Below are positions 43,234 to 53,592 of a stretch of 64,000 nt of DNA, piece after piece. This DNA comes from an uncultured Acidimicrobiia bacterium. GTDB taxonomy: Bacteria; Acidobacteriota; Terriglobia; Versatilivoradales; Versatilivoraceae. Under the pieces are notes generated by a model, which saw only the letters and a list, made by a program, of their open reading frames with translations, was not told where the DNA came from and searched no databases. Position numbers and translations under genes: made by a program. The DNA lies in NCBI GenBank assembly GCA_963786955.1, contig CAWBAT010000004.1, positions 832,001-896,000 of the forward strand, given 5' to 3'. Every line of letters starts with the position of its first letter. Within the stretch, counting starts at the first letter, position 1.

Positions 43234-44106
43234 TTAATGTCGGTTCATGAGAAAGCCATGCACAACCCCATTGGCATCAACGTACAAACCCACAATGTCG
43301 CCACGGTTGTTGATTCCAGCGGTTAGTGTATACACAGATCCCGGGGGATCAATTGCTGTGAACTTGCCATCGCTCAGCAGATAGCCATGCACGGTATCGG
43401 TATAAAAGACGATCTCGCCTCTATCATTAACCCCCAAGCAATGGGTCGTGCTTGCACCGGGGACATCAATTGTTGTGAACTTGCCCTTGCTCAGCAAATA
43501 ACCATGCGCCCCCTGCGAAAAGTCATTAGCACAGACAGGGTCACTAGAATCACAGTACAGTCCTACGATGTCGCCTTTATCGTTATTCCTCTGGGCAAAG
43601 GTGAGGCTTGAACTGGGGACATCAATGGTGGTGAAAGTGCCCTTGCTCAGGAGGAAGCCGCGTCCCGCTCCATTGGCATCAGTGTACCCACCCACGATCT
43701 CTCCACGCGCGTTGATCCCTAAGGCATTGGCGCCGGGAACACCGGGAGGAAGGTCAATGTTAGTCAATTGGCCCTTGCTGAGCAGGAAGGGATGCCCCCA
43801 GTAATCGGGAGGAGGCCAGTACGCTCCTACCATCTCGCCGGCAGGATTGATGCCGTTGATATCGGTGTAGGGAGCACCAGAGAAGTCAATCGTAGTGAAT
43901 TGGCCGTGGCTAAGCAGAAAGCCATGCTCGAGACCATTGGCATCATCGTAACGTCCCACAATCTCTCCAAGCGAGTTAATTCCATAGGGAAATGTGAATA
44001 CAGCCCCGGGGACATCAATATTATAAAAGGTCGGTCCTGCCGCGAAGATCGAGGTCGCGCTAAGCAACAGGACTACTGAAAACGTGATACCCAATAATTT
44101 ACGCAT
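43234..44106 (-). CDS. Secreted repeat protein (HAF-like extracellular repeats, probable beta-propeller)
   Basis: Signal peptide; six ~45-aa repeats GINxxGEIVGxYxDxxGxxHGFLLSxGxFTTIDVPG; GGAGG RBS. Confidence 0.85.
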   Translation of the reverse strand: MRKLLGITFSVVLLLSATSIFAAGPTFYNIDVPGAVFTFPYGINSLGEIVGRYDDANGLEHGFLLSHGQFTTIDFSGAPYTDINGINPAGEMVGAYWPPPDYWGHPFLLSKGQLTNIDLPPGVPGANALGINARGEIVGGYTDANGAGRGFLLSKGTFTTIDVPSSSLTFAQRNNDKGDIVGLYCDSSDPVCANDFSQGAHGYLLSKGKFTTIDVPGASTTHCLGVNDRGEIVFYTDTVHGYLLSDGKFTAIDPPGSVYTLTAGINNRGDIVGLYVDANGVVHGFLMNRH

Positions 44107-44153
44107 AATTCACCTCCAATGATTAAATGATTAAGAGATCCAGTAGCAGACTC

Positions 44154-45095
44154 TCAGTAGCAGGTTTCCAACTTCGCCTCAATCCAGCCCACCAGTCGCT
44201 GGCTCGGCTGCCGCACCAATACCACAAAGTCGTCGGCATAGCGCACCAGTTTCGCCTGAGCCCAGTGGGCTGGCCCTCCCGAGCGGTGAAACACCGTGTC
44301 AAACCAGTGCAGATAAAGATTGGCCAGCAAAGGCGAAATCACCCCGCCCTGCGGCGTTCCTTTCTGCGACCGGCTGACTTTCGGCGCGCCGCCCTTCGTC
44401 TCTGGGGGTTCCACCACCGGCGTCTCCAACCAGAGCCTAATCAGTTTCAATACCTGTCGGTCCGCAATCCGCAGGCGCAAACAAGCCATCAACCGCTCCT
44501 GCGGAATCGAGTCAAAGTAGCCCTTCAGGTCCGCGTCATAGACCGCTTGATGCCCTCCCCGCAGATGACTGCGGATCTCCTCCAGAGCATCGTGCGCCGA
44601 GCGACCCGGACGGAACCCATACGAGCAATCCTGGAAGTCCGCCTCAAAGATCGGCTCCAGAATCAACAGAGTCGCCATCTGCACCACCCGGTCCCGCACC
44701 GTCGGTATGCCCAGCGGTCTGAGCTTCCCGTTGGCTTTGGGTATCCAGACCCGTCGTACCGCCGAAGGTCGGTAGCTCTTGGTCTGCAACGATTCCTGAA
44801 CCTCGTCCAGAAACCGCCCCAAGCCCTCGCCTGTGGCCTCGATCTCGTCGATCGTTTGGCCATCGACTCCCGGCGCGCCTCCGTTGCGACGCACCGCCTG
44901 CCAGGCTGCCTCCAGCGTGTCCCGCCGATAGATCCGGTCATACAATGCGTAAAACCGAAACTTCGGCTCCTGCTTTGCCTTCTGGCCCAGCTTCTGTCTC
45001 AGCTGAGAAAGTTTCACGGGCAGCCCTCGCTCTCGGTCCCTTTCTGGCACCGCCTCGATGGCCTTCCGCTCTTCCGTAGTGGGAATCTCTTCCAA
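44154..45095 (-). pseudogene. Group II intron reverse transcriptase/maturase, truncated shortly after YADD
   Basis: [54 protein letters not shown], then stop after about 25 aa. Confidence 0.9.
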
Positions 45096-45576
45096 GCGGT
45101 TTTCCCCTCCTCTTACAGAAGCATATCCCGGCTCAGGCCCCTTCGCTCCACGGTCATTACCCGCTTCCCCGCTACTATGAGCCTGTCCGATTCCCAGCCG
45201 GAGCCGCTCCCAGGGTTATGGATTCCCCCAAGGCGTCGGCGTCTCTCTCGCCACCCCGCCGGGCCTCCCAGGTTCCTCAGCAGATCTGTCCTCGCGCGCC
45301 GTCCACAAGCACCCCGGAGAGTCCCACGACTGCTCATGCCCATGCTTCGTCATCGGTATCAGGCTTCATCCAAAAGGGGAGGACTGGCCACTCTCAGCTT
45401 TACCCTTTCACGAGGCCGAATCGGTTCGCTTTCGCTACGGCTCACGAGTTTGCCTCCCCAGGCTTCACCGTTGGAATTACTCCCATCCGGTGCTGGTTCG
45501 GCTACATGTACGATAGGCAATTTACATGGTTAGTACCTCGCAACTAACAAGATCCGCCAGGCTTTGCCTGACGCGC
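44154..45576 (-). mobile_element. 3'-truncated group II intron
   Basis: 5' end GCGCGTCAGGC (variant of GUGYG) at 45576, ~480 nt non-coding region, then RT ORF; no X domain or DV/DVI visible. Confidence 0.8.
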
Positions 45577-45724
45577 CCCCTTGGAAAGGGGTGCCGCATG
45601 TGCGGCGGGGGATGTAACGAGTCTGCGGCTTTGGTTCTCCGATTTACAAACTGCAGAGTTAAAGAACAACTCTTAGCTACCTTGCTGTTCAACAATTTCC
45701 TGACCCGAACGATGATGCGCCCTT

Positions 45725-45789
45725 GAGATGACCACTCGTTCCCCTAAGCGCACACTTCTTATGAAGGGTTTGCCCATTCGGCCATGCTC
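45725..45789 (-). ncRNA. Candidate structured 5' leader (homologue at 51267-51330)
   Basis: Long hairpin starting at the predicted TSS; outer stem differs between copies but stays paired. Confidence 0.4.
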
Positions 45790-46035
45790 AATCACCCTAC
45801 TCCAGCTCTTTGCAGAGTTCAATGCACGGGAGGTGATTTGTGTGTCAAATGTAGGTGAAAGCGTATCTCGTTGAAGTATGGAAGCTTAAGCGCCGGGATT
45901 CGGGATAGATTTGCCCCTTGTGGAATGGGTTTTGTGATAGAATTTTTGATCAGTTGATTTACCGGGATTAATTGATCTCAAGAACTGGCTTCGTGGCACC
46001 CCTTCCTACCTCCTTTTCTCTCGGAGGTTTCCGTA

Positions 46036-48060
46036 ATGGAAACCCCTCTCCGATCGAGACATCTGATTTGTTTTGGGGCCTTTGAATTCGACCCCCACAC
46101 CGGAGAACTCCGCAAGCACGGAATGAAGTTGAAATTGCAAGGACACGCCATTGATGCGTTGACCCTATTGCTGGAGCATCCGGGGGAACTCGTGACTCGC
46201 GAGGAGTTGCAGAAGAGACTCTGGCCTGCAGATACCTTCGTTGATTTCGAACACAGTCTCAACGCGGCCGTAAAGAGGCTCCGCGAGGTGTTAGACGACT
46301 CCGCCGACAAACCGCGCTTCATCGAAACACTGCCTCGCCACGGCTACCGCTTCATCGCCCCACTGGACGATTCCCTCACTCCCGATTCCACAACCCACGA
46401 GACAAAGGAAGAAAGCTCCTCTCTTCATTTCGAGCCTTCTGCAGCAGGGAGAGACGGGACCGCGGACGGCGGAGCGAGTGAGGGCGACATACCCCCTCAG
46501 GACAAAGAGTTGAGTTCGGGCCGCTCGCGGCAGGTTAGAGCTTCCCCGTACAAGATCGGGCTGCTGGCTGTTGGGTTGTCGGTGGGATTGGCGGCAGTCG
46601 TGATCGCGCTTAATGTGTGGGGTCTGCGCGATCGCTTACTGTCAACCCTCGGGGAACGGCGCACTGTGGTCTCCACTCCCAAGATTGAATCGATTGCCGT
46701 CCTGCCCCTGGAAAATCTCTCGGGTGATAAAGAGCAGGAATTCTTCGCCGATGGCATGACCGAGGCATTAATCACGAACCTGGGCAAGATCGGTGCGCTT
46801 CGGGTGATCTCACGGACATCCGTGATGCAGTACAAGGGCACCAAGAAACCCCTGCCGGAGATTGCCCGCGAACTGAATGTAGACGCCATCATCGAAGGCA
46901 CGGTGCAGCGTTCAGATAACCGTGTGCGCATCACAGCGAACCTCCTCCACGCCCCCAGCGACCGGCATCTCTGGGCGGATGCTTACGAGCGCGATCTGCG
47001 CGACGTACTGGCGCTGCAAGACGAAGTGGCACAAGCCATCGCAAGCGAGATCCAGATCAAAGTCACGCCCAACGAGCAAATCCGCCTAGCCACCGCCCGT
47101 CCCCTCAATCTCGAGGCATACGAGGCCTACATTAAGGGACGCAGGAGCCTAGAGACTTGGACGGAAGCGGGGGCCAAGACCTCCATCAAGCACTTCGAAA
47201 AAGCGATTGCAGTGGATCCGACTTACGCGGAGGCTTATGCGGGGCTCGCCGATGCGTACAGCATGGAGGGCGATTTGATGCTTCTCCTACCGAAGGAGGC
47301 TTACCCGAGGGCAAAGGAGACAGCGGCAAAGGCTCTAGCGCTCGACGGAAACTTGGCTGAGGCGTATGCCTCCCTTTGCCATATCAGAGTGCGCTTCGAC
47401 TGGGACTGGCCTGCCGCCGAGAGAGACTGCATGCGAGCAGTGGAACTCAACCCGAATTCCGCGACCGCCCTCAACGAGGCCTCGCGTTATCACCTAGCGA
47501 TGGGCCGAATGGAAGAGGGCCTGGCTCTCGCGAGGCGACGGGTTGAACGAGACCCGCTCTCACCTGCCGCACACTCCAGGTTGGGATGGTGCTACTATCT
47601 TTCACGCCGATACGACAACGCCATCGCAGAGTTTGAGAATGCACTCGTACTTGATCCCAACTACCTCGACACCTGGGAAGGACTAGGGCATACCTATCTG
47701 GAGAAGCGAATGTACCCGGAAGCCATCAAAGCGTACGATAGATCTGCTGCGGTTGGGAGCCTTGCTTATCGAGCTAACCTCGGCAACGCTTATGCAAGAG
47801 CCGGAATGCGAGAGCAGGCTCTCAAGGTGCTGGAGGAGCTGAAACAAATTTCGAAACACCAGCATATTCCGCCGGGTGCTTTTGCTTGGATCTACACAGG
47901 CTTGGGGGATAAAGATCAAGCCTTCCTGTGGTTGGCGAAAGCTTTCGAGGAACGTGACACATCAGGGTTTCCAATGGCCAAGGTTTTTCCGGCGTGGGAC
48001 CCCTTGCGCTCCGACCCACGCTTTCAGGATCTCCTGCGCCGCATGAACTTCCCACCATAA
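46036..48060 (+). CDS. wHTH + TM + TolB-N-like + TPR regulator, copy 2
   Basis: Intact 674-aa ORF with the same architecture. Confidence 0.9.
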   Translation: METPLRSRHLICFGAFEFDPHTGELRKHGMKLKLQGHAIDALTLLLEHPGELVTREELQKRLWPADTFVDFEHSLNAAVKRLREVLDDSADKPRFIETLPRHGYRFIAPLDDSLTPDSTTHETKEESSSLHFEPSAAGRDGTADGGASEGDIPPQDKELSSGRSRQVRASPYKIGLLAVGLSVGLAAVVIALNVWGLRDRLLSTLGERRTVVSTPKIESIAVLPLENLSGDKEQEFFADGMTEALITNLGKIGALRVISRTSVMQYKGTKKPLPEIARELNVDAIIEGTVQRSDNRVRITANLLHAPSDRHLWADAYERDLRDVLALQDEVAQAIASEIQIKVTPNEQIRLATARPLNLEAYEAYIKGRRSLETWTEAGAKTSIKHFEKAIAVDPTYAEAYAGLADAYSMEGDLMLLLPKEAYPRAKETAAKALALDGNLAEAYASLCHIRVRFDWDWPAAERDCMRAVELNPNSATALNEASRYHLAMGRMEEGLALARRRVERDPLSPAAHSRLGWCYYLSRRYDNAIAEFENALVLDPNYLDTWEGLGHTYLEKRMYPEAIKAYDRSAAVGSLAYRANLGNAYARAGMREQALKVLEELKQISKHQHIPPGAFAWIYTGLGDKDQAFLWLAKAFEERDTSGFPMAKVFPAWDPLRSDPRFQDLLRRMNFPP

Positions 48061-48271
48061 GCTGCCAGCCACGATTGACGCGCCTTCTGCGGCAATCGTG
48101 GGCTTGTATCCGGGATTTATGTGGTTCATCAGTGACGTGAGACTCCTGTTGGCGTCACTTTGTCCACGATTGAAAGGTTAAACCCGAATTCGGAAGTTGC
48201 CTTGGGCACAAGGTGGAGCAGGCGCGTGAGACAGCGGTCCCTCGCGAGCGTTCCACACCCCGCATTTACCT

Positions 48272-51187
48272 TTACATCCCTGGCAAATCGGCTGTCCAAT
48301 TAAGGGCCCCATTGAGTTGCAGACTGGATGAATCTTTCGTCAGGACGTAGAAAGACTGTCCGTCCGGGCTCACGGCATAGCGATAGATCCCTCTTCCACC
48401 TTCTTCAAGATTCTTAACTTCAAAAAGCGCCTGGGGGACGCCGTGCTGGAAAACCGTCGTCGTTCCGGACTGAACATCCACTGACATCAATCGTCCAGAC
48501 GGCTCAACATAAAACAGCTCTTTTCCGTCTTTACGCCACAGCGGCTGGTTGCCGCCACGCGTTGAGACGAGCCACTTCTTTTCTGAGAGCGGGAATGTCC
48601 TAACGTAGACTTCGTTATGGGAGGAATAAGCAACCCATTTGCCATTGGGTGAAAATCGTCCATCGATTGCTGAGCCGAGGAACAGCTCAGGTTTTCGCTC
48701 GCCAAAAAGGGGCAAACGCCAGAGCGAGGTATCTGGAGAGTCTGCATTATGATAGAGAATATAGTGCTCGTCTCGGGACCAATCTGAGGGAAGTTTGAAT
48801 TGGCTGGATCTAAACAGGGGAGATTGGCTGGGGCTGCCATTCAGGTCTTTCACATAGAGGTTTCCTGCGCTAGAGTCCGATAAACCCGAGAATTGGTCCC
48901 GATTCGAAGCAAACAAGATCCGCTTCCCGTCGGGAGACCAACGAGCGTACTCATCATATTCCGAGCCGGTGCTGCTGGTGAGCTGAGTCTTTGTGCCACC
49001 TCTCAGCAAATCAATAATCCAGGTCTCGCCGGTGCTGGATTCCGCTTTTAACTGAACCATTGCAATCTGCCTGCCATTAGGGGAAAGTTCCAGGGCTCGA
49101 TACTCTCCCGGTGGTCCAATGCGGTCGATGGTTCTCCCATTCCGGTCTACCTGACTCAATTGTTGGCTCACGCCACCGGCCCAATAAAGCAGAGTCCTAT
49201 TCTCTGATACGGTGAAGATGCCAGCATTAGCAGACTGACTCAGAGTAAGTTCCTCGGCAATTGAAACCGGGTCACCTAATATATTTAGGTATTTAATATC
49301 GAAGGGATGGGCCAGAAGTTTCCGATCGCGTTGATACAGAAGATATCCGGGTGACGCATACAGGGCGTTGCTATCCACATCCACTAGTCGTTTGGATTCC
49401 TTGGAGTCCAGCGAGCCCCAATAAATGCCCCGGCTCTCGGCCAAGCTACTCCTGACCGTGTAGAGAAAGTGCCGGCTATCCGGAAGCCAACAGGGCCAGG
49501 TGTGTGAATATTCCTGGCGCGCCTTGTCCAGTTTCGTGACCTGCAAAGGCTTTCCTCCTTCGGCAGAGATTCTCCAAATGCCTCCAGACTGAATATGGCC
49601 GAAGAGGATGATCCCCTGCCTGTTCCAGGCAGCACTCTCGATGGGCCTCCCAATGTCACAGATCACTTGGGGGTTCCCGCCCGTGGCCTTAACCTTCATC
49701 AGTTTCCCCTGTTGCGAAAAACCGATAAAGCGGGAATCGGGCGACCAAAAAAGGGTTCCTGCATTTTCTGTGCCTGCCAGCTGCAGAGCTTCTGATGAGT
49801 TGAGCGGGCAAATCCAAATGAAACGCCTATCATTAATGGCGAGTTGCCCACCATCCGGTGAGATGGCGATGTCATAACCAAGGCTGTTGACTTGCTTTGG
49901 CGGCGGAAGGGTGAAGTGCAGCGCGCCCCTCCGAACCGGTTGTTGGTGAAGGTAATAGATGCCAATGATTAAACCCAACCCAAAGAGGAGAACAGATACT
50001 GCCGACCAGACCAGGCGTTCTCGCTTCTTACGATTTGTCGCGGCAACCACCGGAGCTCCTACCCGGGAGGAGTCTTCGGCAATCCACTTCAGTTCGTTCG
50101 TCAGGTCGCCAGCACTCTGCCAACGCTCATCTGGATCCTTCGCTAGGCAGCGCTTGACCACATGGTCTAAGGCCGGTGGAGTCATCGGCTGAATTCTGCT
50201 GATGGGCGGCGGCTCAGCGGTCAGGATAGCCGCAGTCAGACTGGCCTTGCTTTCACCTTCAAATGGGTTCCACCCTGTCGCCATCTCGTACAGGACCACA
50301 CCGAAGGCAAAGATATCTGTCCGCACGTCCACCTCCTTTCCTTCCACCTGCTCGGGCGCCATGTATTCCAGAGTCCCCAAAATCATGCCTTCTTCTGTCA
50401 GACTCTCGCTTTGGGAAAGGTAGGGCGCGCTCGCCGAGCGCGCCGTGTGGAGGTCATCCGTTGCCCCCTCGGAGGCCGGCGGTTTCGGCGAAACCGCCCT
50501 ACCTGACTTCGCCAGCCCAAAGTCCAGCAGCTTGGCACCATTCTTTGTCAGCATGATGTTACCCGGCTTCAGGTCCCGGTGAACAAACCCCTGACGGTGA
50601 GCTTGATCGAGTGCACTGGCAATTTCAATCGAGTACCGTAAGACCTGTGCCGCTGGCAATGGGCCTTTCTTCAGCCGCTTGCTCAACGTCTCACCTTCCA
50701 GATACTCCATCACCAGAAAGTCAATTTGGTCCTCATTGCCAATGTCATACAAGGCGCAGACATGGGGATGATCCAAACCGGCAATTGCCCGTGCCTCCCT
50801 CTCAAATCGCCGACGCAAATCCGCTTGCTCCGATAGGTATTCCGGTAAAACTTTAATGGCTACGGTGCGGTTCAGCCGAGTATCTCTTGCCTTGAAGACC
50901 TCTCCCATTCCTCCGACACCCAACACAGCTTCAATCTGGTAAGGACCTAGTTTCCTCCCCAGTAGTGAAACTGGCTCGGCCGCTAGCTTTTCGGCAGTCA
51001 ATCGTAGAGCCGATCGATCCAGAAGCTGCTGGGCCGGCTGATCATAAGCCAGTAGCGAATCCACTTCGCGACGCAGTTCCGCGTCTGCTTCGCAGGCCAT
51101 CTCCAAGAAAGTTGTGCGCTCATCTTCATTGACCTCAATGATGGCGTTATAGAGATGATTGATTTCTTCCCAACGGTCGGGAGTCAT
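48272..51187 (-). CDS. Hanks-type Ser/Thr kinase with TM and extracytoplasmic TolB/PD40-like beta-propeller
   Basis: LGVGGMGEV, VAIK, HRDLKPGN, DFG, YMAPE; TM; WSPDG repeats. Confidence 0.93.
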   Translation of the reverse strand: MTPDRWEEINHLYNAIIEVNEDERTTFLEMACEADAELRREVDSLLAYDQPAQQLLDRSALRLTAEKLAAEPVSLLGRKLGPYQIEAVLGVGGMGEVFKARDTRLNRTVAIKVLPEYLSEQADLRRRFEREARAIAGLDHPHVCALYDIGNEDQIDFLVMEYLEGETLSKRLKKGPLPAAQVLRYSIEIASALDQAHRQGFVHRDLKPGNIMLTKNGAKLLDFGLAKSGRAVSPKPPASEGATDDLHTARSASAPYLSQSESLTEEGMILGTLEYMAPEQVEGKEVDVRTDIFAFGVVLYEMATGWNPFEGESKASLTAAILTAEPPPISRIQPMTPPALDHVVKRCLAKDPDERWQSAGDLTNELKWIAEDSSRVGAPVVAATNRKKRERLVWSAVSVLLFGLGLIIGIYYLHQQPVRRGALHFTLPPPKQVNSLGYDIAISPDGGQLAINDRRFIWICPLNSSEALQLAGTENAGTLFWSPDSRFIGFSQQGKLMKVKATGGNPQVICDIGRPIESAAWNRQGIILFGHIQSGGIWRISAEGGKPLQVTKLDKARQEYSHTWPCWLPDSRHFLYTVRSSLAESRGIYWGSLDSKESKRLVDVDSNALYASPGYLLYQRDRKLLAHPFDIKYLNILGDPVSIAEELTLSQSANAGIFTVSENRTLLYWAGGVSQQLSQVDRNGRTIDRIGPPGEYRALELSPNGRQIAMVQLKAESSTGETWIIDLLRGGTKTQLTSSTGSEYDEYARWSPDGKRILFASNRDQFSGLSDSSAGNLYVKDLNGSPSQSPLFRSSQFKLPSDWSRDEHYILYHNADSPDTSLWRLPLFGERKPELFLGSAIDGRFSPNGKWVAYSSHNEVYVRTFPLSEKKWLVSTRGGNQPLWRKDGKELFYVEPSGRLMSVDVQSGTTTVFQHGVPQALFEVKNLEEGGRGIYRYAVSPDGQSFYVLTKDSSSLQLNGALNWTADLPGM
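50419..50503. repeat. REPIN-like double palindrome inside the kinase activation loop
   Basis: GGTAG-GGCGCGCTC-GCC-GAGCGCGCC ... GGCGGTTTC-GGC-GAAACCGCC-CTACC. Confidence 0.8.
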
Positions 51188-51588
51188 AAAGTTCGTGACA
51201 GGTGATTCGTTACTAGTGGGTCAGTGAACAAAGATAACCAGGTGACAGCCAGAGGGATGATTCCTTAAAATGGCTGTTCGTTCCCCTAAACCCAAACTCT
51301 TGATGAAGGGGTTCCCGTCCCAGCCATTTTCGTTGACCTTAGTGCATCTCCTTGCAGAGTTCAATGCACGGGAGGTGATTTGTGTCTCACTTCTAGGTGA
51401 AATGTAGGTGAAAGTGTATCTCGTTGAAGTATGGAAGCTTAAGCGCCGGGATTCGGGACATATTTGCTGCTTGACTAATCGTTTTTATGATAAAATTTTC
51501 GATGCGTTAAATTACCGGGTTTAGTTGATCTCAACAACTGGCTTCGTGGTACCCATTCCGACCTCGCATTCTCTCGGAGGTTTCCGTA

Positions 51589-53592
51589 ATGGAAACCCCT
51601 CTCCGTTCAAGACATCTGATTTGTTTTGGGGCCTTTGAATTCGACCCCCACACCGGAGAACTCCGCAAGCACGGAATGAAGTTGAACTTGCAGGGACACG
51701 CCATTAATGCGCTGACCCTATTGCTGGAGCATCCGGGGGAACTCGTGACGCGCGAGGAGTTGCGGAAAAGACTCTGGCCTGCAGACACCTTCGTTGATTT
51801 CGAACACAGTCTCAACACGGCCGTAAAGAGGCTGCGCGAGGTATTAGACGACTCCGCGGAAAGACCCCGCTTCATCGAGACGTTGCCTCGTCACGGCTAC
51901 CGCTTCATCGCCCCACTGAACGATTCCCTCACTCCTGATTCCACGGCCCACACAACAGGACAACAAAGCCAATCTCTTCATTCCGAGCCTTCTACCGCTG
52001 GGAGAGATGGGACCGCAGACGGCGGAGCGAGTGAGGGCGAAATACCCCCCCAAAAAAAAGAGTTGAGTTCGGGACGTTCGCGGCAGGTTAGATCTTCCCC
52101 TTACAAGATCGTCGTGCTGGCTGTTGGGTTGATGGCGGGATTGGCGGCGGTCGTGATCGCGCTTAATGTGGGGGGTCTGCGCGATCGTTTGTTGTCAGTG
52201 GTCGGGGGACGCCGTGCTGTGGTCTCCACGCCCAAGATCGAATCGATTGCCGTCCTGCCCCTGGAAAATCTCTCGGGCGATAAAGAGCAGGAATACTTCG
52301 CCGACGGCATGACCGAGGCATTAATCACGGACCTGGGCAAGATCGGCGCCCTTCGGGTGATCTCACGAACTTCTGTGATGCAGTACAAGGACACCAAGAA
52401 GCCCCTGCCGCAGATTGCGCGGGAACTGAATGTAGACGCCATTGTCGAAGGCACGGTGCAGCGCTCAGATAACCGCGTGCGCATCACCGCGAACTTGCTC
52501 CACGCTCCCAGCGACCGTCATCTCTGGGCCGAAACCTACGAGCGCGATTTGCGCAACGTGCTGGCGCTGCAAGACGAAGTGGCACGAGCCATCGCGAGCG
52601 AGATTCAGATCAAAGTCACGCCTAACGAGCAAGTCCGCATGGCCAGCGCCCGCACTGTCAACCCCGAGGCCTATGAACTTTACCTTCAGGGGCAGTATCA
52701 CTATTACAAGTGGAGACCAGACGAGTTCCAGAAAGCCATCGCGTACTTTGAGAAGGCGATCGTGGCCGATCCCAAGTGGGCCCCGGCCTACGCTGGGCTG
52801 GCCAACTCCTACGGGTGGCTTTGGATAGAAGGTGCTCTGCCACCCCAAGAGGTCCTGCCTAGATTCAACGCAGCGTTGAGCACAGCGATGGAGATTGATG
52901 ACACGCTTCCCGAGGTGCGTTACACACTGGCAGTGAGAGCATTCTATTATCGTTGGGACTGGGGTGAGACGGAGAGGGAATTCAAGCGAGCGCTGGCGCT
53001 CAACCCGAACCTGGTGGAGGCTCGCTACGAATACGCCTGGTTCTTATCGTCGATGGGGCGAATCGCTGAAAGTCTCACGGAGGCAAAGCGAGCCGTTGAA
53101 CGCGATCCACTCTCGGTCACGGCAAACCTAGCCTTGGGTTCAATGTACTCAATGGCCCGGAAATACGACCAGGCAATACCCCAGTTACGGCATACTATCG
53201 AGCTGGAGCCAAATGACCCGAGAGGATACGGATTCCTCGCCGGAGTATATGAGCAGACGGGAATGTACGAGGAAGCTGTCATGGCCCACCAGAAGGCCAT
53301 GACTCTGTCAGGGGCCCAGCCTGGAGAAGTTGCCGCACTTCGTCGTGCGTACAACGAGTCGGGATACAAGGGTTATTTGATGTGGTTCCTTGGACGGCAG
53401 AATGACCCATATTCTAATGCCGTACTGCATACGCGGCTTGGGCATAGGGATGATGCCTTGGTGTGCCTTGAAAAGGCCTACAAGCAACACCGCTGGGAGA
53501 TGGTTCAGCTGAAAGGACGCCCAGTGTGGGACCCCCTGCGCTCCGACCCCCGCTTTCAGGACCTCCTGCGCCGCATGAATTTCCCACCGTAA
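51589..53592 (+). CDS. wHTH + TM + TolB-N-like + TPR regulator, copy 3
   Basis: Intact 667-aa ORF with the same architecture. Confidence 0.9.
   Translation: METPLRSRHLICFGAFEFDPHTGELRKHGMKLNLQGHAINALTLLLEHPGELVTREELRKRLWPADTFVDFEHSLNTAVKRLREVLDDSAERPRFIETLPRHGYRFIAPLNDSLTPDSTAHTTGQQSQSLHSEPSTAGRDGTADGGASEGEIPPQKKELSSGRSRQVRSSPYKIVVLAVGLMAGLAAVVIALNVGGLRDRLLSVVGGRRAVVSTPKIESIAVLPLENLSGDKEQEYFADGMTEALITDLGKIGALRVISRTSVMQYKDTKKPLPQIARELNVDAIVEGTVQRSDNRVRITANLLHAPSDRHLWAETYERDLRNVLALQDEVARAIASEIQIKVTPNEQVRMASARTVNPEAYELYLQGQYHYYKWRPDEFQKAIAYFEKAIVADPKWAPAYAGLANSYGWLWIEGALPPQEVLPRFNAALSTAMEIDDTLPEVRYTLAVRAFYYRWDWGETEREFKRALALNPNLVEARYEYAWFLSSMGRIAESLTEAKRAVERDPLSVTANLALGSMYSMARKYDQAIPQLRHTIELEPNDPRGYGFLAGVYEQTGMYEEAVMAHQKAMTLSGAQPGEVAALRRAYNESGYKGYLMWFLGRQNDPYSNAVLHTRLGHRDDALVCLEKAYKQHRWEMVQLKGRPVWDPLRSDPRFQDLLRRMNFPP

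Noticed and set aside
44127-45533. 468-aa + strand ORF
   Set aside because: Antisense shadow of the group II intron RT; no recognisable motifs
45725-45789. c-di-GMP-I riboswitch (GGGCAAACC similarity)
   Set aside because: No GNRA loop, no GACGCAAAGC segment or P3, and the second copy lacks GGCAAACC; kept only as an unknown hairpin
39986-53592. Diversity-generating retroelement acting on the TPR paralogues or the FGE-domain gene
   Set aside because: The RT is a truncated group II intron type. No TR/VR pair with adenine-specific mismatches and no avd gene is visible, and TPR divergence is not A-restricted
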